From Vicugna vicugna (lineage: Eukaryota): DNA of 51,949 bases. How positions within the stretch are numbered: the stretch's first letter is position 1; the number at the start of each line of letters is the position of its first letter. This document shows, in pieces, positions 37,810 through 49,792 of this stretch. The notes below the pieces were generated by a model, which saw nothing but the letters and a program-made list of their open reading frames with translations, did no database searches and was not told the origin of the DNA. The translations under genes and the position numbers were made by a program. Location of the stretch: positions 3,068,765-3,120,713 of the forward strand of contig MU057801.1 of the NCBI GenBank assembly GCA_013265495.1, given 5' to 3'.

Positions 37810-38657
37810 TAATTTGGAAGAGTTTGTGTCTTTTTGTTACCTCCTGACTAGTTTCAAGGATATATAATCTTAAAAGAAAGTGGTTCTTAAAGTAATATTC
37901 ATAATGGATATTCCCCCCTAAAACACTTTCTCTGTTCTAGTCTTATAAAATATCCATGTAAAATAGTCTTTGCTTCCTTCAAATAAATCTTCAACCCAGT
38001 TACACCAAGATCAGAAACAAGTCAATAAAGCAAAGCAATAAAGCAAATTCTAAACTATATGGTTAATAATAATTCTTCCATATGGATAAATCAATGAACT
38101 CTATCATTATTAACTCACTTTAAGAGAATTATTTTCCAATTTTCTAATTCTAAAAAGTATACTTTTTGAAAATTGTGAAGAATGTCCATGATAAAATGTT
38201 ATTTCCTATATTTTAGAGCTTCCTTTCTTACCTCTCACCTCCTCACAGTCATCGTGAGATTTTTTAAAGTATAGACATTTTAATCTCCTGGAGAGTCTGA
38301 AGGCCCCACATGCATAGGCACCACAGCTACTTCTGCTTCTCAGGCTGCCCCCACCACGGAGGAAATGCTCAATACTATTGCATGAAAGAAAAAAAGGCAA
38401 GAGAGAATAAGTGAATGAGGAAAGTCGAGTCTTCAATACCCATATTGGGGGATCTTGCTCTGATAAGACATGAAAGTCGTGGCTTGGCAAAGACTCCCCC
38501 CTTGACCAAACTTATTCTGGTGCCTCTGAGCCCTCTTCTTGACTCGGCCGTGTCCCTGGCCGGCTGAAGTCAGGGTCACGTGCTGACAGACTCCAAAAGG
38601 CATAAGAAGATGCAGGCCTGACTTTCAGGACGAACTTGCACTTGCTTTCGGTGAGCC

Positions 38658-39087
38658 TGTGAAGGAAAAGCCCAGCTGGGCTAACAAGCTAACTCACAAA
38701 TCTAAGTGTAACAAGTGTCGGATTACTGATCTGAGTTCTGCTGGGCTAACTTGTAAATCTGAGTTAATTATTGTTGGTTTGCTGATTCCCTGTTCATGTT
38801 TTTTTGCTAGCCAGCTGGATTTTCAAAGAGACATATCTGGCCTTGAAATGTTGGTTTCCTGCCTCCCTGCCTCTACTTTTGTGATAATGATGTTGCTAAA
38901 GCTGTTCCATGCCTATTGGCCAAATACCCCAAGCTTATAATTAACCCTATAAAACCTCATGTACACGTCTTGGAGGTGCTCAGAGCTTCGGAGCAGAAGC
39001 CCCTCTGAGCCCGCCGGCGTAATAAATCTGAGTACTCCAACCCCCGAGTGGTGCTTGTTTCTTGGCTGGCCTGTCATTTCCGTAACA
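38658..39087 (+). mobile_element. Complete ERV1-like solo LTR with 4-bp TSD
   Basis: TG...CA ends; TSD AGCC at 38654-38657 and 39088-39091; TATAAAA at 38948-38954 and AATAAA at 39021-39026. The R region resembles that of the 26.6-kb LTR. Confidence 0.9.
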
Positions 39088-40357
39088 AGCCCACCTGTCA
39101 CAAACCCAAGATGGCCCTGGAGAGCGAGCCATAGCTTTTTGGCACCATAGGCCTGGCCGAACAGCCAGCTGGCCAGTCCGGAAGGAGCCCGGGGACCTGT
39201 GGAAATGGCAGTTCTGCTTGTGGACAAGGATGACTGGGTGTGGGGACGTATCAGACTCCAGACCTCACCTGCCAGACTTCCCTAGGACAGAGCCTCTGAG
39301 GCAAGAAACCTCCTGGTTGTTCTCATTTCCTAAATGGCTGTGTTTTATGATGTGTTAGGTTTGGGGGGTATCCCTCCAGCTGTGGAGTTACCCTAGCTGA
39401 AGTCACTGCGGGCCAGTGATTTACGATCTGTTGAGTGCCAGCAACACGCGCAACTCCAGGAGGGGACCCGAGGCTGGAGGCCCGGCCTGGGAGCTGCGCC
39501 CCGCTCCGCACTGCAGCTATGACGTCCACGGAGACTCTCCGGGTTGAGGTGCCCCCAGTGGACTGGGGGCTCCTTGCATGCCAGAGCCGTCTGACTCCAA
39601 GCCTTGTAAGTGGTTGGCTCACTGTGCCTGTCACCATGAGAGTCTGAGCATAGCCTTGGTTCATGGAGATTCTTTGGCTTGAATGAAGCCGGAGGCCTGG
39701 TGGGCAGCTGGTCCTGGCCTGGGGTCCCCACAGCCTTGCCCCCACCTTGGTGCTTGGGCCCAGGGTAAGCCAGACCTTGTGTGTCCCAGGGGCTGACCCG
39801 GTGACCTCAAAGCAGACTTTGTTTGTCAGCCCCCTGCTGCCAGACCTAGATGTGAGATTCTGTTCTCCACTGGTTTCTTTCTGCAGGAAGCAGAAGGTTG
39901 GGTCAATGGAGACGACTGTTGGCCTACCCGGGAGGTTTGAACTTAAGCGGTTATGTGGTGAGGAGCCCTGCCCAGCTTGGAGTAGAGTGACCCCGTTAGA
40001 GGTGACCTTTAGAGACAGGCTCTCCAAGACGGGCACGTAGAGTGACTGCTGGTGTGGGCACGTGGGTGCCGTGTGGTGGGGGCATGGCGGGGGTGGCAAG
40101 AGTGCATTTGTAGGTGTTTATAAAGGATCTAGGCAAGACCTGATTTGTTTGGAATCAGAGCATAAGTGGAAACAGTAAAATTAAATTTCAGCATATCAGT
40201 TTTCTAAAGCAGTTTAAGTTATGGTGATTTAGCAGGACACAGGAAAGCAAGAAAAGGTCACACTTATACCAGATTTAAGGATATTGAGTTAAGTTATGAA
40301 TGTATGCAATTTTAATTTTGTTGAATACTCTCTGCCAAAATAAACTTTATACTTAAA

Positions 40358-40381
40358 ATGTGTGTGTGTGTGTGTGTGTGT
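40358..40381 (+). repeat. (TG)n microsatellite
   Basis: About 12 copies seen directly. Confidence 0.95.
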
Positions 40382-42807
40382 ATTTTGTTATGTACAATTA
40401 ATTCCATTGTTTTGGCTACAATAAAATCAATTTTGAAATAAATGAAATGTTGAAAATGAAAGAAATCACAAACAACAAAACACCTTGCTTCTTCGATAGG
40501 ACACACCTGGCCTCTCAGAGCTCGCTTGCCGACCTCCCACCTTGGGAGCTGCCTGTACTGTCGGCAGGTCTTGAATGAAGGTGGGAGTCACAGTCTGAAG
40601 GGGTGAGAACTTGGGGCTTCCAGTCCCATAGGAGCCACCTGAACCAAACAAACAGTGCCCTGGGCTCCGTGGGCTCCGGGCTAAGCGCTGGGGGCAGGTA
40701 GAGCACGGCGCATACAGGAAGTGCCGGGGAGCTGTGTTTCTGTGCAATAGGAGGCTCACGGTCAGCTCCAGAGTCAAGCGGAAAAACTGAGGGACCCCGA
40801 GCCCCACCGGACAGCTGAGTCTGAGTCCCACGCAGAGGGATGGGGACCAGGGCAACCGGCTCTGGCTGCAATGACACATGACTTAGAGTCCTCATACCCA
40901 GAAGGACCAGTAAACCTCTCTTGGCTGTCTCTTCGAGCTTCCGATGGGGCAGCAGGTAAGAATGCCTGCTGTGCCGTGACCCTGTCCAGCCGGGGGTCAC
41001 AGCCCTTTCATCCCACACCCAGGTGGCTGGTGCCGCTCTCCCTCGCGGGTTTCCAAGGAGCAGCCATTCAACTAACACTCAGAGTTGGGATGAACCAGCC
41101 CTGCTGCCCGATCTTGTATCATGTACTTATTTTACTTTTTTAGTATTTATTTAGTCACCCTCTGAACTAACGTTTCTGGAACCAGAAAATACATTAAGCA
41201 CTGACAATACACAACGAATATGGTGAAGGTGGAAGTACGTCTGACCAAGGCTAATCGAGGGGTGAGCAGGAAAATCATCACTTGAGCAATAAAGTTTTAA
41301 TATTCTGGTCTGTTTGTTTTTTCCTTCTCTCAGCCTGGGTGAATCTTTTTGCAAGAGGAAATTCACGTGGAAAATTAGAGGCTAACAGTTCTGAGAGGTG
41401 ATGGGCCTTTTCTGTGCCCAGCCCCATGCTGACCTGCCCCGTCTGAAGGGGCCCTGGGTTAGAAGGAAGTTGCTGTAGGACCAAGAAAGAAACAAATGAA
41501 AGCTGCTCTCAGCAGCCGGGTCTTACAGGGCCCAGTACCCATACTTCCTTCTCCACAGCCTGGAACACAAGGATGGCTTGTCTTCCAGGTGGATCACAGT
41601 GTCTCTGGCCCAGGGAAAGGTATTATGCTGAACGGGCCTCAGAGTCTCACTCCTGTCAGTGGAAACATGAACAGCCATATCTACTTAAGGGCACGGCCAT
41701 GATCCTACTTCCCATCAAGGAAAGGAACACACAGACCAAACCTGCAAAAGAGGACGCCATGCACCGGGCTGGTGTCCACGCCGGCCAAGGTGGACAGCCT
41801 GCTACACCCAGCAGCAGCATTACGTAGGGGCCTGGGGAGCTCCTGTTTTGACTCAAGGATGCTCACTTTCCCTGTCCTCCCTCTGTCTCTCTGGTTTCCT
41901 GTCTGATCGTTCTCCATGAGGGAGTCACCGCTGGTCAGGCTGCAGGATGAGCAGGGCTCTGAAACATTCACTCAGCTTCTACCGTCAGCACCAGCTCCAG
42001 CTCTGGGACACACAGGGTGAGGGGCTCTGATATAGCTGAGCAACTGCACACCTGGAGAGCAGGTCCCTGGGGCCGACCTACACTGTGACTTATTTTCAGC
42101 CAGCAACCTTTGGTTTACCTGTTATCAACAGGAGTGGCTTAAACAAAACAGAATTCCCAAGTTCAGAAGGGTTCACTTCACAGAGATTTCCCCAAATGCC
42201 TTATACAAACAGCAACAGGAATCAGAGAGGTGACTGTCTATTCCTTATTGCCAGCCTGCTTCACCTGAAGGATGGTCTGGGAGAGAATGTCAGACGCCAT
42301 CTATTTAACAGCTCTAGTCATCGGCACTGCATCATGAAAATGACCCTTGTCTCTTTTCATGAACAAGGCAAACTCCCCAGGGCCCTCTGCGACAACACTA
42401 AGCGACTTATTCACTCAATCTATCAGCCAACGAGCGTTTATGTGACCTGTTTCAACAAAACACTAGGAAAATGCACCCTGAAAACAAGGTAATAGGAGAA
42501 CAGGAATTTAACAGTGAGTTGCTGGGGAAATTTCTTGTTCCTTAATCCAGCCCAGCCCTTTTGTCTGCCTGCTGGCTCTGCTATTAAGGAGGTAAATGAA
42601 ACAATGAAATGTGCTCCCTGTCTACGGGTATGAGAATTACGTTTTCAGGACAGCAGGTTCCTCCTTAACAACTTAAGCTATGAGAAGGTGAGTGAGTGAA
42701 TGTCTACAAAATAGCTAAAATTTCTCCAGGGTCTACAAAACCCTCCAAGTGAGAAAAGAATGATGTGTGAATTTTATACAGCACCAAACATCATGCATGA
42801 TAAATAC

Positions 42808-43050
42808 ATTTTATTTTATTTTATTTTATTTTTAATAGACTTTATTCTTTTAGAGCAGTTTCAGGTTCACAGCAGAATTGAGCAGAAAATACAGAGAGTT
42901 CGCACACAGCCCTCCCCACCCACACATACATCCTCCCCTCCCCTCAACGCCCCTCATCAGTGTGGCATATTTGGTACAATTGCTGAGCCAACACGGGCAC
43001 ATTATTACCAGCCGAAGTCCATAGTTTACATGAGGGTTCACTCCTGATGC
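42808..43050 (-). mobile_element. L1 3' terminal fragment with (TTTTA)n tail
   Basis: 'taatagactttattcttttagagcagtttcaggttcacagcagaattgagcag...'; homologous to 7929-8120. Confidence 0.85.
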
Positions 43051-43354
43051 TGTAGATAAATACATTTTCAAATACGCCAGACATCAGGGAATATAGAACT
43101 CTAGTCAATGTAATGGAATTTCTATAAATCCACCAAAGAGACAAAAACAACTTTGTTATTACAGTCTGATATTTCATTCACTCATCCTCCTTCCTACAGT
43201 CACAATTTCACACCAGGAGCTGAGAGAGGGCTGGCATTTTCTACCTGCAAGGCCTCCTCCGGCTCTATCAGGTGCCCGTGTCCTCATGTGCACTGGGGAC
43301 CTCCAGCTGGAGAGGTGCATGGAATGTGGTGTGTCCCAAATTTCTGTGATCCAA

Positions 43355-43762
43355 GGGTTCCCTTTTCTCCACATCCTTGCCACGTCTAACAGGTGTGAAG
43401 TGACAGCTCACTGTACTTCTGATTTGCATTTTCCTGATGGTTAGTGGTGCTGAACATCTTTTCTTGTACGTTTTGGACATCTGTGTCTTCTTTGGGAAAA
43501 AAAACCTGTTCAGATCATCTGTGTGTTTTTTAAATCCGATTGCTTGGTTCCTGTTGTTTTTGTTTGTTTGCCATTGAGTTGTATGAGATCTTTATGTATT
43601 TTGGATGTTAGCCCATTACCATTATTATATGATTTACGAATGTTTGATGCCCCTCGATAGGTTTCCTTTTTCATTTTGTTGAGGTTTCCCTTTGCTGTGC
43701 AGAAACTCTTTAGTTTTATACACTCCCACTTATTTTTGCTTTTGTTGCCCTTGCTTTTAGAG
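43355..43762 (-). mobile_element. L1 ORF2 fragment
   Basis: 'agggttcccttttctccacatccttgcca...gatttgcattttcctgatggttagtggtgctgaacatctttt'. Confidence 0.85.
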
Positions 43763-44829
43763 CCTGCATTTTCTTTTTAAGTCTCCAGATTCTATAATAA
43801 AATTACCTTTGTTTCCCCCATTCTTGTTCTTCGTCCAGTTATCATTGTTACTAATTTGTAGCATAATAGCATTTGGTTTAGAAAACACACTGCTTATGAT
43901 TTCAATATTTTGAAATAAGTTGAAATTTGATTTACAGCCCAGGGTACGGTCATGTTTGGCAGGGGAGTATTATAAGTGTCGTGAGAGCTTAAAAAAGTAC
44001 ATTGTCCAGCAGCTAGGTGCAGTGATCACACAGGTCCTTTGGTCGGTTGGGGGCATCATGTCCTTTTACAGTCTCGCTGGTATGTTCCTTTGACTTATAC
44101 AACAGAAATTTATTTTCTTAAAATTCTGAAGGGTGAAAGTGTTGGTTCCTTCTGAAGCCACTCCCCTTGGCTTACACATGGCTGCTTCCTCCTGCCGTCT
44201 CACTGGTTTCTGTCCGCTTGTTCTATTAATCACTGGGCTCTTCTGCTCATGCTGTGCCCATTCTCCCCCATTTAAAGTGATGATGGCTACTCCGTCAGGT
44301 CATACAGCCACTTGCACACCACCGTCTCCCCCACAAGGCTCTTGTGCGTCAAGATGTCAAACACACAGGTTTTCCCGCTCTGTCCCCTCCCGCGCCTTAC
44401 ACGGACCTCCTCTTTTCCCTGTTACCCCTGTTCTGCTCAGTTTTGATTCTAGTTTCTCCTCAGTGTGGGGCTCTGCTCTGGAAGAGTCGTGGCTGGGCAG
44501 CTTTTAGGCTAGATACGAACTAGACCGCTCCGACCCTCGACGGCCTTACCGAGTGCGGCTGGCCCCTCCTCGCTTTGGAAGAGGACAGTGGTGCTACTCG
44601 TCGTTTCCACCGCTGTTCCCAGGTAAGCCCAGCACACTTTCCAGTGAATACCTGCTGGCTGTTTCGGGTGTTGTGGGGTCCGTCTGCTTGTAAATAGAGC
44701 AGGTCTTTCAGCACAGAGCTTGAGAAGCACTGATGAAGGATCAGAGCGGGAAGAGCCGAGTGTTAAGAGGGCTTCCTGGAAGAAGAGCCGTGGCTCTGAG
44801 GCCATAAAGGGCAGTCAAGGTGGGAATCA

Positions 44830-45055
44830 GTGCTGGCGTTCCCCAGGGCTCTGCCCCAGCCTCATCTCAGTTTCTCTGGAGGAGCTCACCCATTCCCATG
44901 CCTTCAAACATCACCTTCAAGGCATACATTCCCCAGGATCTAGGTCTACAGCTCAGGAATCCTTTTAACATGAGACTTGCAGAGACACCTGGATGTCCCA
45001 CAGGCATAGCAAATTCTGCATAGACCAAACCAAGCATTGGTCTTCCCCCCTAAAC
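44830..45055 (+). mobile_element. L2 fragment
   Basis: 'gttccccagggctctg...ctcacccattcccatgccttcaaacatcacc...cacctggatgtcccacaggca...aaacc', typical L2 motifs. Confidence 0.65.
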
Positions 45056-45700
45056 TTTGTCACTGCATCTCACAAGTTACATGTTGTGTATGATATGTTG
45101 TGTTTTCATTTTATTTCAAAATATTTTTCTAATTTCTCTTTATTTTTTATTGTTTGACCCGTAAGTTTTTTAGAAGTACACTGTTAAATTCCCAAATGCT
45201 TTGGAATTTTTGAAATATTTTTTGTTACTGATTTCTAGTTAATTCCATACACATACTTTTATAGTGTCTTTCAATTATATTGAGACTTATTTTGAACCCC
45301 AAATATAATGTCTTGGTGAATGTTCTATGTGCACTTGAAAAATGCACTTTCTGCTGCAGTGTTCTACAAACGCCAGTTAGGTCAGGCTGGCTGGCAGTGT
45401 CAGCCGTGTCTTTCACACCCTTACTGATTTTCCGTCTACTTATTTTATCAATCACTAAGAGAGGAATGTGGAGTCTGTTTCATGTCTGTTTCGTTCCACT
45501 GACCTACTTGTGCATCTCTGCCCCAGCGTCACACTGTTTTAACTACTACAACTTTGATCCCTGTGGTATCATTTCTGAGGCAAACTCCCTCCCATCCCCG
45601 CAATGGATCTTTCTTTTCAAAAATTCCTTGGTTCTATTCGTGCATGTTCTACTCACTTAGGGTAAGAGCGTCAGCTGGTCAGGTTCTTGGTAAGTTTAAT
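45056..45700 (-). mobile_element. Old L1 fragments
   Basis: 'tgcatctcacaagtt...gtgttttcattt' and 'tcttggtgaatgttctatgtgcacttgaaaa'. Confidence 0.7.
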
Positions 45701-45776
45701 CTTAAGCATTTTATACATTTCATAAAATATATACGTCCCTGTTGCTCAGAGGTATTTTCCTATTAAAGGCAGGTAA

Positions 45777-45982
45777 CAGGAGTCGGCCAAGTTTTTCTTT
45801 AAAGGGCCAGATGATGAACGTTTTAGACTTTACGGGCCATATGACCTCGGCAACTTCTAACCTCGGCTTTGCCATTGTAGCACAATGGCAGCTGCAGACG
45901 GTATGTAAAGAAATGGCATAAGATGCTATTAAAACAAGCGCTCAGTCAGGTTTGGCCTGCGGACCATAGTTTGCTGCCCCCG
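45777..45982 (+). mobile_element. MER58A-like hAT-Charlie DNA transposon
   Basis: 'caggagtcggccaagtttttctttaaagggccagatg...' to '...tttggcctgcggaccatagtttgctgcccc', with degenerate terminal inverted repeats. Confidence 0.9.
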
Positions 45983-47189
45983 GATATAGAGAAAGATCAG
46001 TTTTTGGCACATAGGTATCTTCTCTCCAGACTCCACAATGAATGTCTAATACTATGCTTCAGTTGAGTCTGTTATTTCTATGCAGGCAAAATACACAAAC
46101 AAAAGATCATTGTGTTCTATCTTCCTAATATTTATGCCAATCATTCCTTTTCGTAGTCTTATTGTCTAGATAACTCCAGAGCAGTATTCAACTACAGTGC
46201 TAACAGGAGGGACTGTTTTGTTAATCGGAAGGCTCCATTTTTTCCACTCCAAGTATGCTATTAGTGTCTAAAAAATGTTCAAGTTTCAGATATGATGGCT
46301 GCAGTAAGTATCTTTAAAGATTCCTTCTAATTTACATTGTTTCCTTATGAGGTCATTAGTTATTGCTTTTTGATTGTGGCTGTAGATAAACAGAGTACTC
46401 CACTGAGCAATCCAGCACCCCCACTGAATACCACTCACCTGTTTTTACGTACCAAATGCTTTCCAATCTTCTGGTTCAATTACTTGAAACTCAAGATAAC
46501 ATAGAAGAAAATTCTTCCCAGGGGTTAAGAAAAATTAAGTAGGAAATGAAACTTTTTGGTTTTAGAGCTATTTAAGGTATTTTCCTTAGAGATTTTTCAA
46601 TAAAAATAATTCATTGAAATGACCTTTGAGTAAGAATTTTAAACTTAATTGAAAATTCAGTAGTGTTGTAGACAGATTGGGGGTGAAAGGTCCAAAGAAA
46701 AATAAATTATTAAGACTTATATGAGAATAAAACCTACAATGTTTATTTCTGAAAAGTTTGGGTCCAACATCTAAGTCCATGAAGCACATACAACTTCAAA
46801 AATATGTATTTGAAGCTGAAAGCTAATATGTGCATATGTGTTTACATTTAAGTATTTTTAAAGTTCCTCTAAATAAGCGTTCATGTACTCACAAAGGTAT
46901 CAATGGGAATATTCATATCCTAGGCAAAAACTAACTTATTGTTGATGTGAAACTTAGCACTTCAATTAGTCAAACATTTTCAGTTTGGAATTTGCTTTCC
47001 AAAAATGAAATAAAAACAAATGCAATATTTCCATATATACTTACTTAGTTTACCTGGAAAACTTAAAATTAGTCCAGCTATATAAATATGAGGCACACAT
47101 TAAAGAAGAGACATGTTTACCACCAAGAATTGTGGAGTATTTCTTTACAAGAACATTTCAAGGCACAAATAAAAATACTTCAGGAAATA

Positions 47190-48853
47190 TATACTAAATC
47201 TTTTAATTCAAATAATAGTATAGAATCCTTCTCAGAAAGATTATTGTACATTATATCTATTATTTTACAATAATAGAAAATAAAATTAGTAATACAAATA
47301 TTTAAAGCCAATCATCAGAATTAAATTAATATTTATTTATATAAACAATGTAAGTAAGTAAAAATCATCAATTCCATTTAATATAAAGTATATTTCTGGA
47401 ATATAATTATTTTTAAATGAGAATTATCAATTTCAATTCAACCAAATATATATATTTGTATATACAAATTCAACCAATTCAAGTATTCATTCAGCCAAGA
47501 GAACAAAATAAGCCTCTTAAAAATTCAAGATTTACAAATTAATGTTAGAAATGTTTTCAGTATGTTAGACTATTCTGATCTCCACTGAATTACATCATAC
47601 AAAGACATGTATCACTTGCTTTATAGTTTATAATCAAGTATAACTGGTCACTAAAATTCCTTGACCAAAATATCACTATAATTGGATGAGGCAATGTCCT
47701 ATAATAAGATGAATGTAATAATGGCCACATCTTTTCAAAAACAGAATATGGAAGTTTTCATTTTCACAACTATGAATTTGGTTTTCCAAAATCTGGTTCC
47801 CAAAACCAATTTCTAAGTGTTACAGTAGAGGGGGCGAGGCAGTAATGGAAAGAAATGATTTAATGGACTCTGATGAAAAAAATAATGATCATAGTTTTTA
47901 GTTTGGAAAATGTATCTGGTATTAGAGATACTCAGAAGTATGTAATGATGCTGGTATCAGAGTTTACTGGTTAGCTAAAGGGCAGAGAGTAAGAGGAAAG
48001 TAAAAGGTAGTATTTGCTTTTAACAAAGCAGACTGGGTAATATGTTAAACGTTAGGGTGGACTAGGGAAGAACTCAAGACGGGCAGAAATTTCCTCTTGG
48101 ACTTTCTATGTCAACATCCATTTCAGTTTTGGACCTTTCACCAGAGTGCTCATGTGATGGAGAGGAGGAGCTCTGCCCACCCATGAAGTTACTTCCCAGA
48201 CCAAGAGGTCTCTGCCCAGCTGCTCGAGAAAGGCAGCTCGTCCTCTGAGGTTCCTGGAGAGAAAGGCAGCTCATCCTCTGAGGTTCCTGGGGCCCCACAG
48301 GAGTGTGAAGTGCAGGAAAATGGAGTCCACTTTGTGTAGAAGGCTAACCCATCCTATTTGGACTCTTCAGTAACCTAAGTTAATCAAATGCCACCTAAAA
48401 GTACAGCCTCTAGCTCAAAACCACGGATAATGGATAAGTGTCTATCTTGAAAATGCCTGTTAAGAGGTCACAATGTGATCCTGTGATCTTGTGATCCTGA
48501 AAATCTTCAGCTCCCGTTAGCTGTCTTTCCAAATAAAATCTTCAATAACACAGTTTAAGTCCTCTACTGAGCTCTGTAACCCCTTCAGCCAAATAGGCTG
48601 CAGTTGTTTCATGTAACTTTCATTTCATTGGAAAATGTGGGCGGGTACCTGATATTACCTGATATTAAGGAAGGTCAGTGGGTAAACACACCAAATCCAG
48701 TGATGCTGCCTTCAGGGAGTTGCCAGGAAGAAAGTCAAATGATACACCAAGAAAGCACATTTGCAGGAGCAAGCCCTTCAGCACAGCATGAACATATTCT
48801 CTGTGAGGAGGCTCCAAGCCACTTGCTAACTTCAAGTGTGAGGCAAGTCTTTC
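47190..48853 (-). other. PTPN20: PTPN20 3' UTR (distal end approximate)
   Basis: Follows the stop codon and is AT-rich with no interspersed repeats recognised. Candidate poly(A) signals on the minus strand: AATAAA at 47337-47332 and ATTAAA at 47207-47202. Confidence 0.7.
48226..48291. repeat. 33-bp tandem duplication (2 copies)
   Basis: gagaaaggcagctc(g/a)tcctctgaggttcctgg(a/g) at 48226-48258 and 48259-48291. Confidence 0.95.
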
Positions 48854-48919
48854 TTACTTTAAAGTCAGAAGCTTATGGAGAACTTCATGCACAATTTTAT
48901 AACAAAAGATATACTGCTC
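48854..48919 (-). CDS. PTPN20: Tyrosine-protein phosphatase non-receptor type 20, last coding exon (EQYIFCYKIVHEVLHKLLTLK*)
   Basis: Acceptor 'tatgtatttAG' at 48921-48920, phase 0, stop TAA at 48856-48854. It completes the PTP Q-loop QTKEQY and matches the recalled human PTPN20 C-terminus EQYHFCYDIVLEVLRKLLTLD. Confidence 0.93.
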   Translation of the reverse strand, partial: EQYIFCYKIVHEVLHKLLTLK

Positions 48920-49469
48920 CTAAATACATATATATGAAAGACAACGGGATGTTAATTGAATACCAATATCCACTTTCAGAGGACACATTTGTAATTTTCA
49001 ACCACAAAGAGCAAACGTTTAACCAAGAATTCTTCATGTAAAAATATTTTAAATACCAGGAAGATAAATGATAATATAGTTCTTGGTCTAGAATTAGTTA
49101 ACTGAAGGTTGACTGAATAGAGGAGAAACTCCCTCTTAATCTCAATCTCTTTTTATCTTCACTAGATAAATCAAATTTGAACTTTTTTTCAGGTCTCTCA
49201 GGCAACCCTCGTCGAAATGAAACACTTCATACCATTCAACATTGCCTTAAAAAAAACCCTAAAAAAGATTTATGAGTACCTGTTTGTTTTTATTATCCAT
49301 ATTTTCTTGATTCCCCCAATGATTAATATAACTAGTCTATGACATAAATGTCTTTTTTATGACATGCCAATGACTGATATGTTTAGTTCCAAGTAAATAT
49401 CCCAAAACTGCTATCCAGAAATTTATGGAAAATAACTTTAGACATGTTACTGAAACAACATGACATTAT

Positions 49470-49700
49470 GGACGAAGCATGTGTGGGCATCAGGAGACTT
49501 CAGTTTCAGCCCTGGCTCCTCCCCTTGCTATCTGAATGACCTTATCGAACACTCTTCATCGCTGTTGAAGTACTACTTCAGTAACAGAAGAGCAAAACTC
49601 TTGTCTATCTCAAACAATGAGAATTCAATGACATCATGTTGGCAAAAGAGCTTCATACATCGTAATGTGCTACGCAGTGTTCATCTTTATATTCATTATT
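49470..49700 (+). mobile_element. MIR in the last PTPN20 intron
   Basis: 'tcaggagacttcagtttcagccctggctcctccccttgctatctgaatgacctt...tctatctcaaacaatgagaatt'. Confidence 0.55.
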
Positions 49701-49729
49701 GTTATTAGAATTTATGTGGTGAGACTTAC

Positions 49730-49792
49730 CTTTGTTTGGATCATTCCACAGCGTTGTTCCCTCATTTGGCCCACTATATTCATGATGTTGAA
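49730..49792 (-). CDS. PTPN20: Tyrosine-protein phosphatase non-receptor type 20, penultimate coding exon (FNIMNIVGQMREQRCGMIQTK)
   Basis: 63-nt phase 0-0 exon with acceptor AG at 49794-49793 and donor AAG|GTAAGT at 49729. Carries the PTP motif MRxQRxxMIQT and matches recalled human FNIMDIVAQMREQRSGMVQTK. Confidence 0.95.

Noticed and set aside
39323..40099. 258-aa minus-strand ORF
   Set aside because: Starts at TTG, has no recognisable domain and no supporting exon structure; plausible by chance in GC-rich DNA.
47430..47480. Direct repeat 'aattcaaccaa' flanking a short (TA)-rich insert in the PTPN20 3' UTR
   Set aside because: Small slippage-type duplication with no evidence of function.
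48604..49041. 145-aa + strand ORF
   Set aside because: Non-ATG start, antisense to the PTPN20 last exon and UTR, and no homology recognised.
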